NCBI GenBank assembly: GCA_051362555.1 | Contig: JBPQGU010000013.1 | Location: 496,001 to 560,000, forward strand | Direction: 5' to 3' | Length of the DNA stretch: 64,000 nucleotides | Source of the DNA: Lingula anatina | Lineage: Eukaryota > Animalia > Brachiopoda | Shown: positions 1 to 13,034 of the stretch, in pieces | Position numbering within the stretch: position 1 is the stretch's first letter | Layout of the letters: each line of letters opens with the position of its first letter | The notes under the pieces: generated by a model | Database searches by the model: none | The model's input: only the letters and a program-made list of their open reading frames with translations | Told to the model about the DNA's origin: nothing | Translations under genes and position numbers: made by a program

Positions 1-3000
1 TAGAATTGGGGGCCTTGATGAAGTGACCCGGGCGCGTTTCCACATTTTTTATGAATGACAGGTGTGGTAGATTGATTTTCGTCACTTTTTGGAAAAATCG
101 GAGACGGGTCGATTTTTGGTGATTTTGAGTGATTTTGAACAGTGCCGGCACTGTGAGATTTCTTCAATTTTGGCCAGGTAGGTATGAAAATTTTTTTTCT
201 TCATTATAGTGTCAGGTAGGTGTGTTCGGTCATTGTAGTAAGAATAAAGTGCTGGAAGAGTGGTGGTGTCAACATTAAGGAAGAAATAGAGCAAAAACTC
301 TGTCTCTCCCCCCCACCCTCTCAGATTCTGTTCTCAGAGCTTATTTTTGGATCATCTTTAAAGTTAGAATTGGGGGCCTTGATGAAGTGACCCGGGCGCG
401 TTTCCACATTTTTTATGAATGACAGGTGTGGTAGATTGATTTTCGTCACTTTTTGGAAAAATCGGAGACGGGTCGATTTTTGGTGATTTTGAGTGATTTT
501 GAACAGTGCCGGCACTGTGAGATTTCTTCAGTTTTGGCCAGGGAGGGATGAAAATTTTTTTTCTTCATTATAGTGTCAGGTAGGTGTGTTCGGTCATTTG
601 TAGTAAGAATAAAGTGCTGGAAGAGTGGTGGTGTCAACATTAAGGAAGAAATAGAGCAAAAACTCTGTCTCTCCCCCCCCCCCCTCTCAGATTCTGTTCT
701 CAGAGCTAATTTTTGGATCATCTTTAAAGTTAGAATTGGGGGCCTTGATGAAGTGACCCGGGCGCGTTTCCACATTTTTTATGAATGACAGGTGTGGTAG
801 ATTGATTTTCGTTACTTTTTGGAAAAATCGGAGACGGGTCGATTTTTGGTGATTTTGAGTGATTTTGAACAGTGCCGGCACTGTGAGATTTCTTCAATTT
901 TGGCCAGGTAGGTATGAAAATTTTTTTTCTTCATTATAGTGTCAGGTAGGTGTGTTCGGTCATTTGTAGTAAGAATAAAGTGCTGGAAGAGTGGTGGTGT
1001 CAACATTAAGGAAGAAATAGAGCAAAAACTCTGTCTCTCCCCCCCCCCCCTCTCAGATTCTGTTCTCAGAGCTTATTTTTGGATCATCTTTAAAGCTAGA
1101 ATTGGGGGCCTTGATGAAGTGACCCGGGCGCGTTTCCACATTTTTTATGAATGACAGGTGTGGTAGATTGATTTTCGTCACTTTTTGGAAAAATCGGAGA
1201 CGGGTCGATTTTTGGTGATTTTGAGTGATTTTGAACAGTGCTGGCACTGTGAGATTTCTTCAATTTTGGCCAGGTAGGGATGAAAATTTTTTTTCTTCAT
1301 TATAGTGTCAGGTAGGTGTGTTCGGTCATTGTAGTAAGAATAAAGTGCTGGAAGAGTGGTGGTGTCAACATTAAGGAAGAAATAGAGCAAAAACTCTGTC
1401 TCTCCCCCCCCCCCCCCCTCTCAGATTCTGTTCTCAGAGCTTATTTTTGGATCATCTTTAAAGTTAGAATTGGGGGCCTTGATGAAGTGACCCGGGCGCG
1501 TTTCCACATTTTTTATGAATGACAGGTGTGGTAGATTGATTTTCGTCACTTTTTGGAAAAATCGGAGACGGGTCGATTTTTGGTGATTTTGAGTGATTTT
1601 GAACAGTGCCGGCACTGTGAGATTTCTTCAATTTTGGCCAGGTAGGGATGAAAATTTTTTTTCTTTATTATAGTGTCAGGTAGGTGTGTTCGGTCATTTG
1701 TAGTAAGAATAAAGTGCTGGAAGAGTGGTGGTGTCAACATTAAGGAAGAAATAGAGCAAAAACTCTGTCTCTCCCCCCCCCCCTCTCAGATTCTGTTCTC
1801 AGAGCTTATTTTTGGATCATCTTTAAAGCTAGAATTGGGGGCCTTGATGAAGTGACCCGGGCGCGTTTCCACATTTTTTATGAATGACAGGTGTGGTAGA
1901 TTGATTTTCGTCCCTTTTTGGAAAAATCGGAGACGGGTCGATTTTTGGTGATTTTGAGTGATTTTGAACAGTGCCGGCACTGTGAGATTTCTTCAATTTT
2001 GGCCAGGTAGGGATGAAAATTTTTTTTCTTCATTATAGTGTCAGGTAGGTGTGTTCGGTCATTTGTAGTAAGAATAAAGTCTTGGAAGAGTGGTGGTGTC
2101 AACATTAAGGAAGAAATAGAGCAAAAACTCTGTCTCTCCCCCCCCCTCTCAGATTCTGTTCTCAGAGCTTATTTTTGGATCATCTTTAAAGCTAGAATTG
2201 GGGGCCTTGATGAAGTGACCCGGGCGCGTTTCCACATTTTTTATGAATGACAGGTGTGGTAGATTGATTTTCATCACTTTTTGGAAAAATCGGAGACGGG
2301 TCGATTTTTGGTGATTTTGAGTGATTTTGAACAGTGCCGGCACTGTGAGATTTCTTCAATTTTGGCCAGGTAGGGATGAAATTTTTTTTTCTTCATTATA
2401 GTGTCAGGTAGGTGTGTTCGGTCATTTGTAGTAAGAATAAAGTGCTGGAAGAGTGGTGGTGTCAACATTAAGGAAGAAATAGAGCAAAAACTCTGTCTCT
2501 CCCCCCCCCCTCTCAGATTCTGTTCTCAGAGCTTATTTTTGGATCATCTTTAAAGCTAGAATTGGGGGCCTTGATGAAGTGACCCGGGCGCGTTTCCACA
2601 TTTTTTATGAATGACAGGTGTGGTAGATTGATTTTCCTCACTTTTTGGAAAAATCGGAGACGGGTCGATTTTTGGTGATTTTGAGTGATTTTGAACAGTG
2701 CCGGCACTGTGAGATTTCTTCAATTTTGGCCAGGTAGGGATGAAAATTTTTTTTCTTCATTATAGTGTCAGGTAGGTGTGTTCGGTCATTTGTAGTAAGA
2801 ATATAGTGCTGGAAGAGTGGTGGTGTCAACATTAAGGAAGAAATAGAGCAAAAACTCTGTCTCTCCCCCCCCCTCTCAGATTCTGTTCTCAGAGCTTATT
2901 TTTGGATCATCTTTAAAGCTAGAATTGGGGGCCTTGATGAAGTGACCCGGGCGCGTTTCCACATTTTTTATGAATGACAGGTGTGGTAGATTGATTTTCG

Positions 3001-6000
3001 TCACTTTTTGGAAAAATCGGAGACGGGTCGATTTTTGGTGATTTTGAGTGATTTTGAACAGTGCCGGCACTGTGAGATTTCTTCAATTTTGGCCAGGTAG
3101 GGATGAAAATTTTTTTTCTTCATTATAGTGTCAGGTAGGTGTGTTCGGTCATTTGTAGTAAGAATAAAGTGCTGGAAAAGTGGTGGTGTCAACATTAAGG
3201 AAGAAATAGAGCAAAAACTCTGTCTCTCCCCCCCCCTCTCAGATTCTGTTCTCAGAGCTTATTTTTGGATCATCTTTAAAGCTAGAATTGGGGGCCTTGA
3301 TGAAGTGACCCGGGCGCGTTTCCACATTTTTTATGAATGACAGGTGTGGTAGATTGATTTTCGTCACTTTTTGGAAAAATCGGAGACGGGTCGATTTTTG
3401 GTGATTTTGAGTGATTTTGAACAGTGCCGGCACTGTGAGATTTCTTCAATTTTGGCCAGGTAGGGATGAAAATTTTTTTTCTTCATTATAGTGTCAGGTA
3501 GGTGTGTTCGGTCATTTGTAGTAAGAATAAAGTGCTGGAAGAGTGGTGGTGTCAACATTAAGGAAGAAATAGAGCAAAAACTCTGTCTCTCCCCCCCCCC
3601 TCTCAGATTCTGTTCTCAGAGCTTATTTTTGGATCATCTTTAAAGCTAGAATTGGGGGCCTTGATGAAGTGACCCGGGCGCGTTTCCACATTTTTTATGA
3701 ATGACAGGTGTGGTAGATTGATTTTCGTCACTTTTTGGAAAAATCGGAGACGGGTCGATTTTTGGTGATTTTGAGTGATTTTGAACAGTGCTGGCACTGT
3801 GAGATTTCTTCAATTTTGGCCAGGTAGGGATGAAAATTTTTTTTCTTCATTATAGTGTCAGGTAGGTGTGTTCGGTCATTTGTAGTAAGAATAAAGTGCT
3901 GGAAGAGTGGTGGTGTCAACATTAAGGAAGAAATAGAGCAAAAACTCTGTCTCTCCCCCCCCCCCCCTCTCAGATTCTGTTCTCAGAGCTTATTTTTGGA
4001 TCATCTTTAAAGCTAGAATTGGGGGCCTTGATGAAGTGACCCGGGCGCGTTTCCACATTTTTTATGAATGACAGGTGTGGTAGATTGATTTTCGTCACTT
4101 TTTGGAAAAATCGGAGACGGGTCGATTTTTGGTGATTTTGAGTGATTTTGAACAGTGCTGGCACTGTGAGATTTCTTCAATTTTGGCCAGGCAGGGATGA
4201 AAATTTTTTTTCTTCATTATAGTGTCAGGTAGGTGTGTTCGGTCATTTGTAGTAAGAATAAAGTGCTGGAAGAGTGGTGGTGTCAACATTAAGGAAGAAA
4301 TAGAGCAAAAACTCTGTCTCTCCCCCCCCCCTCTCAGATTCTGTTCTCAGAGCTTATTTTTGGATCATCTTTAAAGCTAGAATTGGGGGCCTTGATGAAG
4401 TGACCCGGGCGCGTTTCCACATTTTTTATGAATGACAGGTGTGGTAGATTGATTTTCGTCACTTTTTGGAAAAATCGGAGACGGGTCGATTTTTGGTGAT
4501 TTTGAGTGATTTTGAACAGTGCCGGCACTGTGAGATTTCTTCAATTTTGGCCAGGTAGGGATGAAAATTTTTTTTCTTCATTATAGTGTCAGGTAGGTGT
4601 GTTCGGTCATTTGTAGTAAGAATAAAGTGCTGGAAGAGTGGTGGTGTCAACATTAAGGAAGAAATAGAGCAAAAACTCTCTCTTCCCCCCCCCCTCTCAG
4701 ATTCTGTTCTCAGAGCTTATTTTTGGATCATCTTTAAAGCTAGAATTGGGGGCCTTGATGAAGTGACTCGGGCGCGTATCCACATTTTTTATGAATGACA
4801 GGTGTGGTAGATTGATTTTCGTCACTTTTTGGAAAAATCGGAGACGGGTCGATTTTTGGTGATTTTGAGTGATTTTGAACAGTGCCGGCACTGTGAGATT
4901 TCTTCAATTTTGGCCAGGTAGGGATGAAAATTTTTTTTCTTCATTATAGTGTCAGGTAGGTGTGTTCGGTCATTTGTAGTAAGAATAAAGTGCTGGAAGA
5001 GTGGTGGTGTCAACATTAAGGAAGAAATAGAGCAAAAACTCTGTCTCTCCCCCCCCTCTCAGATTCTGTTCTCAGAGCTTATTTTTGGATCATCTTTAAA
5101 GCTAGAATTGGGGGCCTTGATGAAGTGACCCGGGCGCGTTTCCACATTTTTTATGAATGACAGGTGTGGTAGATTGATTTTCGTCACTTTTTGGAAAAAT
5201 CGGAGACGGGTCGATTTTTGGTGATTTTGAGTGATTTTGAACAGTGCCGGCACTGTGAGATTTCTTCAATTTTGGCCAGGTAGGGATGAAAATTTTTTTC
5301 TTCATTATAGTGTCAGGTAGGTGTGTTCGGTCATTTGTAGTAAGAATAAAGTGCTGGAAGAGTGGTGGTGTCAACATTAAGGAAGAAATAGAGCAAAAAC
5401 TCTGTCTCTCCCCCCCCTCTCAGATTCTGTTCTCAGAGCTTATTTTTGGATCATCTTTAAAGCTAGAATTGGGGGCCTTGATGAAGTGACCCGGGCGCGT
5501 TTCCACATTTTTTATGAATGACAGGTGTGGTAGATTGATGTTCATCACTTTTTGGAAAAATCGGAGACGGGTCGATTTTTGGTGATTTTGAGTGATTTTG
5601 AACAGTGCCGGCACTGTGAGATTTCTTCAATTTTGGCCAGGTAGTAATGAAAATTTTTTTTCTTCATTATAGTGTCAGGTAGGTGTGTTCGGTCATTTGT
5701 AGTAAGAATAAAGTGCTGGAAGAGTGGTGGTGTCAACATTAAGGAAGAAATAGAGCAAAAACTCTGTCTCTCCCCCCCCCTCTCAGATTCTGTTCTCAGA
5801 GCTTATTTTTGGATCATCTTTAAAGCTAGAATTGGGGGCCTTGATGAAGTGACCCGGGCGCGTTGTCACATTTTTATGAATGACAGGTGTGGTAGATTGA
5901 TTTTCGTCACTTTTTGGAAAAATCGGAGACGGGTCGATTTTTGGTGATTTTGAGTGATTTTGAACAGTGCCGCCACTGTGAGATTTCTTCAATTTTGGCC

Positions 6001-9000
6001 AGGTAGGGATGAAAATTTTTTTTCTTCATTATAGTGTCAGGTAGGTGTGTTCGGTCATTTGTAGTAAGAATAAAGTGCTGGAAGAGTGGTGGTGTCAACA
6101 TTAAGGAAGAAATAGAGCAAAAACTCTCTCTCCCCCCCCCCTCTCAGATTCTGTTCTCAGAGCTTATTTTTGGATCATCTTTAAAGCTAGAATTGGGGGC
6201 CTTGATGAAGTGACCCGGGCGCGTTTCCACATTTTTTATGAATGACAGGTGTGGTAGATTGATTTTCCTCACTTTTTGGAAAAATCGGAGACGGGTCCAT
6301 TTTTGGTGATTTTGAGTGATTTTGAACAGTGCCGGCACTGTGAGATTTCTTCAATTTTGGCCAGGTAGGGATGAAATTTTTTTTCTTCATTATAGTGTCA
6401 GGTAGGTGTGTTCGGTCATTTGTAGTAAGAATAAAGTGCTGGAAGAGTGGTGGTGTCAACATTAAGGAAGAAATAGAGCAAAAACTCTCTCTCCCCCCCC
6501 CCCTCTCAGATTCTGTTCTCAGAGCTTATTTTTGGATCATCTTTAAAGCTAGAATTGGGGGCCTTGATGAAGTGACCCGGGCACGTTTCCACATTTTTTA
6601 TGAATGACAGGTGTGGTAGATTGATTTTCGTCACTTTTTGGAAAAATCGGAGACGGGTCCATTTTTGGTGATTTTGAGTGATTTTGAACAGTGCCGGCAC
6701 TGTGAGATTTCTTCAATTTTGGCCAGGTAGGGATGAAAATTTTTTTTCTTCATTATAGTGTCAGGTAGGTGTGTTCGGTCATTTGTAGTAAGAATAAAGT
6801 GCTGGAAGAGTGGTGGTGTCAACATTAAGGAAGAAATAGAGCAAAAACTCTGTCTCTCCCCCCCCCTCTCAGATTCTGTTCTCAGAGCTTATTTTTGGAT
6901 CATCTTTAAAGCTAGAATTGGGGGCCTTGATGAAGTGACCCGGGCACGTTTCCACATTTTTTATGAATGACAGGTGTGGTAGATTGATTTTCGTCACTTT
7001 TTGGAAAAATCGGAGACGGGTCAATTTTTGGTGATTTTGAGTGATTTTGAACAGTGCCGGCACTGTGAGATTTCTTCAATTTTGGCCAGGTAGGGATGAA
7101 AATTTTTTTTCTTCATTATAGTGTCAGGTAGGTGTGTTCGGTCATTTGTAGTAAGAATAAAGTGCTGGAAGAGTGGTGGTGTCAACATTAAGGAAGAAAT
7201 AGAGCAAAAACTCTCTCTTCCCCCCCCCCCCCTCTCAGATTCTGTTCTCAGAGCTTATTTTTGGATCATCTTTAAAGCTAGAATTGGGGGCCTTGATGAA
7301 GTGACCCGGGCGCGTTTCCACATTTTTTATGAATGACAGGTGTGGTAGATTGATTTTCGTCACTTTTTGGAAAAATCGGAGACGGGTCGATTTTTGGTGA
7401 TTTTGAGTGATTTTGAACAGTGCCGGCACTGTGAGATTTCTTAAATTTTGGCCAGGTAGGGATGAAAATTTTTTTTCTTCATTATAGTGTCAGGTAGGTG
7501 TGTTCGGTCATTTGTAGTAAGAATAAAGTGCTGGAAGAGTGGTGGTGTCAACATTAAGGAAGAAATAGAGCAAAAACTCTGTGTCTCCCCCCCCCTCTCA
7601 GATTCTGTTCTCAGAGCTTATTTTTGGATCATCTTTAAAGCTAGAATTGGGGGCCTTGATGAAGTGACCCGGGCGCGTTTCCACATTTTTTATGAATGAC
7701 AGGTGTGGTAGATTGATGTTCATCACTTTTTGGAAAAATCGGAGACGGGTCGATTTTTGGTGATTTTGAGTGATTTTGAACAGTGCCGGCACTGTGAGAT
7801 TTCTTCAATTTTGGCCAGGTAGTAATGAAAATTTTTTTTCTTCATTATAGTGTCAGGTAGGTGTGTTCGGTCATTTGTAGTAAGAATAAAGTGCTGGAAG
7901 AGTGGTGGTGTCAACATTAAGGAAGAAATAGAGCAAAAACTCTGTCTCTCCCCCCCCCTCTCAGATTCTGTTCTCAGAGCTTATTTTTGGATCATCTTTA
8001 AAGCTAGAATTGGGGGCCTTGATGAAGTGACCCGGGCGCGTTGTCACATTTTTTATGAATGACAGGTGTGGTAGATTGATTTTCGTCACTTTTTGGAAAA
8101 ATCGGAGACGGGTCGATTTTTGGTGATTTTGAGTGATTTTGAACAGTGCCGGCACTGTGAGATTTCTTCAATTTTGGCCAGGTAGGGATGAAAATTTTTT
8201 TTCTTCATTATAGTGTCAGGTAGGTGTGTTCGGTCATTTGTAGTAAGAATAAAGTGCTGGAAGAGTGGTGGTGTCAACATTAAGGAAGAAATAGAGCAAA
8301 AACTCTGTCTCTCCCCCCCCCTCTCAGATTCTGTTCTCAGAGCTTATTTTTGGATCATCTTTAAAGCTAGAATTGGGGGCCTTGATGAAGTGACCCGGGC
8401 GCGTTTCCACATTTTTTATGAATGACAGGTGTGGTAGATTGATTTTCGTCACTTTTTGGAAAAATCGGAGACGGGTCGATTTTTGGTGATTTTGAGTGAT
8501 TTTGAAAAGTGCCGGCACTGTGAGATTTCTTCAATTTTGGCCAGGTAGGGATGAAAATTTTTTTCTTCATTATAGTGTCAGGTAGGTGTGTTCGGTCATT
8601 TGTAGTAAGAATAAAGTGCTGGAAGAGTGGTGGTGTCAACATTAAGGAAGAAATAGAGCAAAAACTCTGTCTCTCCCCCCCCTCTCAGATTCTGTTCTCA
8701 GAGCTTATTTTTGGATCATCTTTAAAGCTAGAATTGGGGGCCTTGATGAAGTGACCCGGGCGCGTTTCCACATTTTTTATGAATGACAGGTGTGGTAGAT
8801 TGATGTTCATCACTTTTTGGAAAAATCGGAGACGGGTCGATTTTTGGTGATTTTGAGTGATTTTGAACAGTGCCGGCACTGTGAGATTTCTTCAATTTTG
8901 GCCAGGTAGTAATGAAAATTTTTTTTCTTCATTATAGTGTCAGGTAGGTGTGTTCGGTCATTTGTAGTAAGAATAAAGTGCTGGAAGAGTGGTGGTGTCA

Positions 9001-12000
9001 ACATTAAGGAAGAAATAGAGCAAAAACTCTGTCTCTCCCCCCCCCCTCTCAGATTCTGTTCTCAGAGCTTATTTTTGGATCATCTTTAAAGCTAGAATTG
9101 GGGGCCTTGATGAAGTGACCCGGGCGCGTTGTCACATTTTTTATGAATGACAGGTGTGGTAGATTGATTTTCGTCACTTTTTGGAAAAATCGGAGACGGG
9201 TCGATTTTTGGTGATTTTGAGTGATTTTGAACAGTGCCGGCACTGTGAGATTTCTTCAATTTTGGCCAGGTAGGGATGAAAATTTTTTTTCTTCATTATA
9301 GTGTCAGGTAGGTGTGTTCGGTCATTTGTAGTAAGAATAAAGTGCTGGAAGAGTGGTGGTGTCAACATTAAGGAAGAAATAGAGCAAAAACTCTCTCTCC
9401 CCCCCCCCCTCTCAGATTCTGTTCTCAGAGCTTATTTTTGGATCATCTTTAAAGCTAGAATTGGGGGCCTTGATGAAGTGACCCGGGCACGTTTCCACAT
9501 TTTTTATGAATGACAGGTGTGGTAGATTGATTTTCGTCACTTTTTGGAAAAATCGGAGACGGGTCGATTTTTGGTGATTTTGAGTGATTTTGAACAGTGC
9601 CGGCACTGTGAGATTTCTTCAATTTTGGCCAGGTAGGGATGAAAATTTTTTTTCTTCATTATAGTGTCAGGTAGGTGTGTTCGGTCATTTGTAGTAAGAA
9701 TAAAGTGCTGGAAGAGTGGTGGTGTCAACATTAAGGAAGAAATAGAGCAAAAACTCTCTCTTCCCCCCCCCTCTCAGATTCTGTTCTCAGAGCTTATTTT
9801 TGGATCATCTTTAAAGCTAGAATTGGGGGCCTTGATGAAGTGACCCGGGCGCGTTTCCACATTTTTTATGAATGACAGGTGTGGTAGATTGATTTTCGTC
9901 ACTTTTTGGAAAAATCGGAGACGGGTCGATTTTTGGTGATTTTGAGTGATTTTGAACAGTGCCGGCACTGTGAGATTTCTTCAATTTTGGCCAGGTAGGG
10001 ATGAAAATTTTTTTTCTTCATTATAGTGTCAGGTAGGTGTGTTCGGTCATTTGTAGTAAGAATAAAGTGCTGGAAGAGTGGTGGTGTCAACATTAAGGAA
10101 GAAATAGAGCAAAAACTCTGTCTCTCCCCCCCCTCTCAGATTCTGTTCTCAGAGCTTATTTTTGGATCATCTTTAAAGCTAGAATTGGGGGCCTTGATGA
10201 AGTGACCCGGGCGCGTTTCCACATTTTTTATGAATGACAGGTGTGGTAGATTGATTTTCGTCACTTTTTGGAAAAATCGGAGACGGGTCGATTTTTGGTG
10301 ATTTTGAGTGATTTTGAACAGTGCCGGCACTGTGAGATTTCTTCAATTTTGGCCAGGTAGGGATGAAAATTTTTTTTCTTCATTATAGTGTCAGGTAGGT
10401 GTGTTCGGTCATTTGTAGTAAGAATAAAGTGCTGGAAGAGTGGTGGTGTCAACATTAAGGAAGAAATAGAGCAAAAACTCTCTCTCCCCCCCCCTCTCAG
10501 ATTCTGTTCTCAGAGCTTATTTTTGGATCATCTTTAAAGCTAGAATTGGGGGCCTTGATGAAGTGACCCGGGCGCGTTTCCACATTTTTTATGAATGACA
10601 GGTGTGGTAGATTGATTTTCGTCACTTTTTGGAAAAATCGGAGACGGGTCGATTTTTGGTGATTTTGAGTGATTTTGAACAGTGCCGGCACTGTGAGATT
10701 TCTTCAATTTTGGCCAGGTAGGGATGAAAATTTTTTTTCTTCATTATAGTGTCAGGTAGGTGTGTTCGGTCATTTGTAGTAAGAATAAAGTGCTGGAAGA
10801 GTGGTGGTGTCAACATTAAGGAAGAAATAGAGCAAAAACTCTCTCTCCCCCCCCCCTCAGATTCTGTTCTCAGAGCTTATTTTTGGATCATCTTTAAAGC
10901 TAGAATTGGGGGCCTTGATGAAGTGACCCGGGCGCGTTTCCACATTTTTTATGAATGACAGGTGTGGTAGATTGATTTTCGTCACTTTTTGGAAAAATCG
11001 GAGACGGGTCCATTTTTGGTGATTTTGAGTGATTTTGAACAGTGCCGGCACTGTGAGATTTCTTCAATTTTGGCCAGGTAGGGATGAAAATTTTTTTCTT
11101 CATTATAGTGTCAGGTAGGTGTGTTCGGTCATTTGTAGTAAGAATAAAGTGCTGGAAGAGTGGTGGTGTCAACATTAAGGAAGAAATAGAGCAAAAACTC
11201 TCTCTCCCCCCCCCTCTCAGATTCTGTTCTCAGAGCTTATTTTTGGATCATCTTTAAAGCTAGAATTGGGGGCCTTGATGAAGTGACCCGGGCGCGTTTC
11301 CACATTTTTTATGAATGACAGGTGTGGTAGATTGATTTTCGTCACTTTTTGGAAAAATCGGAGACGGGTCGATTTTTGGTGATTTTGAGTGATTTTGAAC
11401 AGTGCCGGCACTGTGAGATTTCTTCAATTTTGGCCAGGTAGGGATGAAAATTTTTTTTCTTCATTATAGTGTCAGGTATGTGTGTTCGGTCATTTGTAGT
11501 AAGAATAAAGTGCTGGAAGAGTGGTGGTGTCAACATTAAGGAAGAAATAGAGCAAAAACTCTGTCTCTCCCCCCCCCCCCCTCTCAGATTCTGTTCTCAG
11601 AGCTTATTTTTGGATCATCTTTAAAGCTAGAATTGGGGGCCTTGATGAAGTGACCCGGGCGCGTTGTCACATTTTTTATGAATGACAGGTGTGGTAGATT
11701 GATTTTCGTCACTTTTTGGAAAAATCGGAGACGGGTCGATTTTTGGTGATTTTGAGTGATTTTGAACAGTGCCGGCACTGTGAGATTTCTTCAATTTTGG
11801 CCAGGTAGGGATGAAAATTTTTTTTCTTCATTATAGTGTCAGGTAGGTGTGTTCGGTCATTTGTAGTAAGAATAAAGTGCTGGAAGAGTGGTGGTGTCAA
11901 CATTAAGGAAGAAATAGAGCAAAAACTCTCTCTCCCCCCCCCTCTCAGATTCTGTTCTCAGAGCTTATTTTTGGATCATCTTTAAAGCTAGAATTGGGGG

Positions 12001-13034
12001 CCTTGATGAAGTGACCCGGGCGCGTTTCCACATTTTTTATGAATGACAGGTGTGGTAGATTGATTTTCGTCACTTTTTGGAAAAATCGGAGACGGGTCCA
12101 TTTTTGGTGATTTTGAGTGATTTTGAACAGTGCCGGCACTGTGAGATTTCTTCAATTTTGGCCAGGTAGGGATGAAAATTTTTTTTCTTCATTATAGTGT
12201 CAGGTATGTGTGTTCGGTCATTTGTAGTAAGAATAAAGTGCTGGAAGAGTGGTGGTGTCAACATTAAGGAAGAAATAGAGCAAAAACTCTGTCTCTCCCC
12301 CCCCCCTCTAAGATTCTGTTCTCAGAGCTTATTTTTGGATCATCTTTAAAGCTAGAATTGGGGGCCTTGATGAAGTGACCCGGGCGCGTTTCCACATTTT
12401 TTATGAATGACAGGTGTGGTAGATTGATTTTCGTAACTTTTTGGAAAAATCGGAGACGGGTCGATTTTTGGTGATTTTGAGTGATTTTGAACAGTGCCGG
12501 CACTGTGAGATTTCTTCAATTTTGGCCAGGTAGGGATGAAAATTTTTTTCTTCATTATAGTGTCAGGTAGGTGTGTTCGGTCATTTGTAGTAAGAATAAA
12601 GTGCTGGAAGAGTGGTGGTGTCAACATTAAGGAAGAAATAGAGCAAAAACTCTGTCTCTCCCCCCCCTCTCAGATTCTGTTCTCAGAGCTTATTTTTGGA
12701 TCATCTTTAAAGCTAGAATTGGGGGCCTTGATGAAGTGACCCGGGCGCGTTTCCACATTTTTTATGAATGACAGGTGTGGTAGATTGATGTTCATCACTT
12801 TTTGGAAAAATCGGAGACGGGTCGATTTTTGGTGATTTTGAGTGATTTTGAACAGTGCCGGCACTGTGAGATTTCTTCAATTTTGGCCAGGTAGTAATGA
12901 AAATTTTTTTTCTTCATTATAGTGTCAGGTAGGTGTGTTCGGTCATTTGTAGTAAGAATAAAGTGCTGGAAGAGTGGTGGTGTCAACATTAAGGAAGAAA
13001 TAGAGCAAAAACTCTGTCTCTCCCCCCCCTCTCA

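Noticed and set aside
14-97. Hammerhead ribozyme (retrozyme-type tandem repeat)
   Set aside because: The closest core is TTGATGA rather than CTGANGA. AAGTGAC can pair with GTCACTT, but GAAA does not directly follow that stem, and the pairing is weakened in C-type monomers. I see no core on the minus strand. An Infernal/Rfam scan would settle it.
111-155. RAG/Transib recombination signal (CACTGTG heptamer)
   Set aside because: The best nonamer-like sequence (GATTTTTGG) is 29 bp away rather than 12 or 23, and the heptamer is largely explained by the palindrome.
111-180. Tandem snRNA or spliced-leader RNA genes (hairpin plus Sm-like AATTTTGG)
   Set aside because: Sm-like motifs occur several times by chance in this T-tract-rich unit, and no leader/donor arrangement or snRNA similarity is recognisable.
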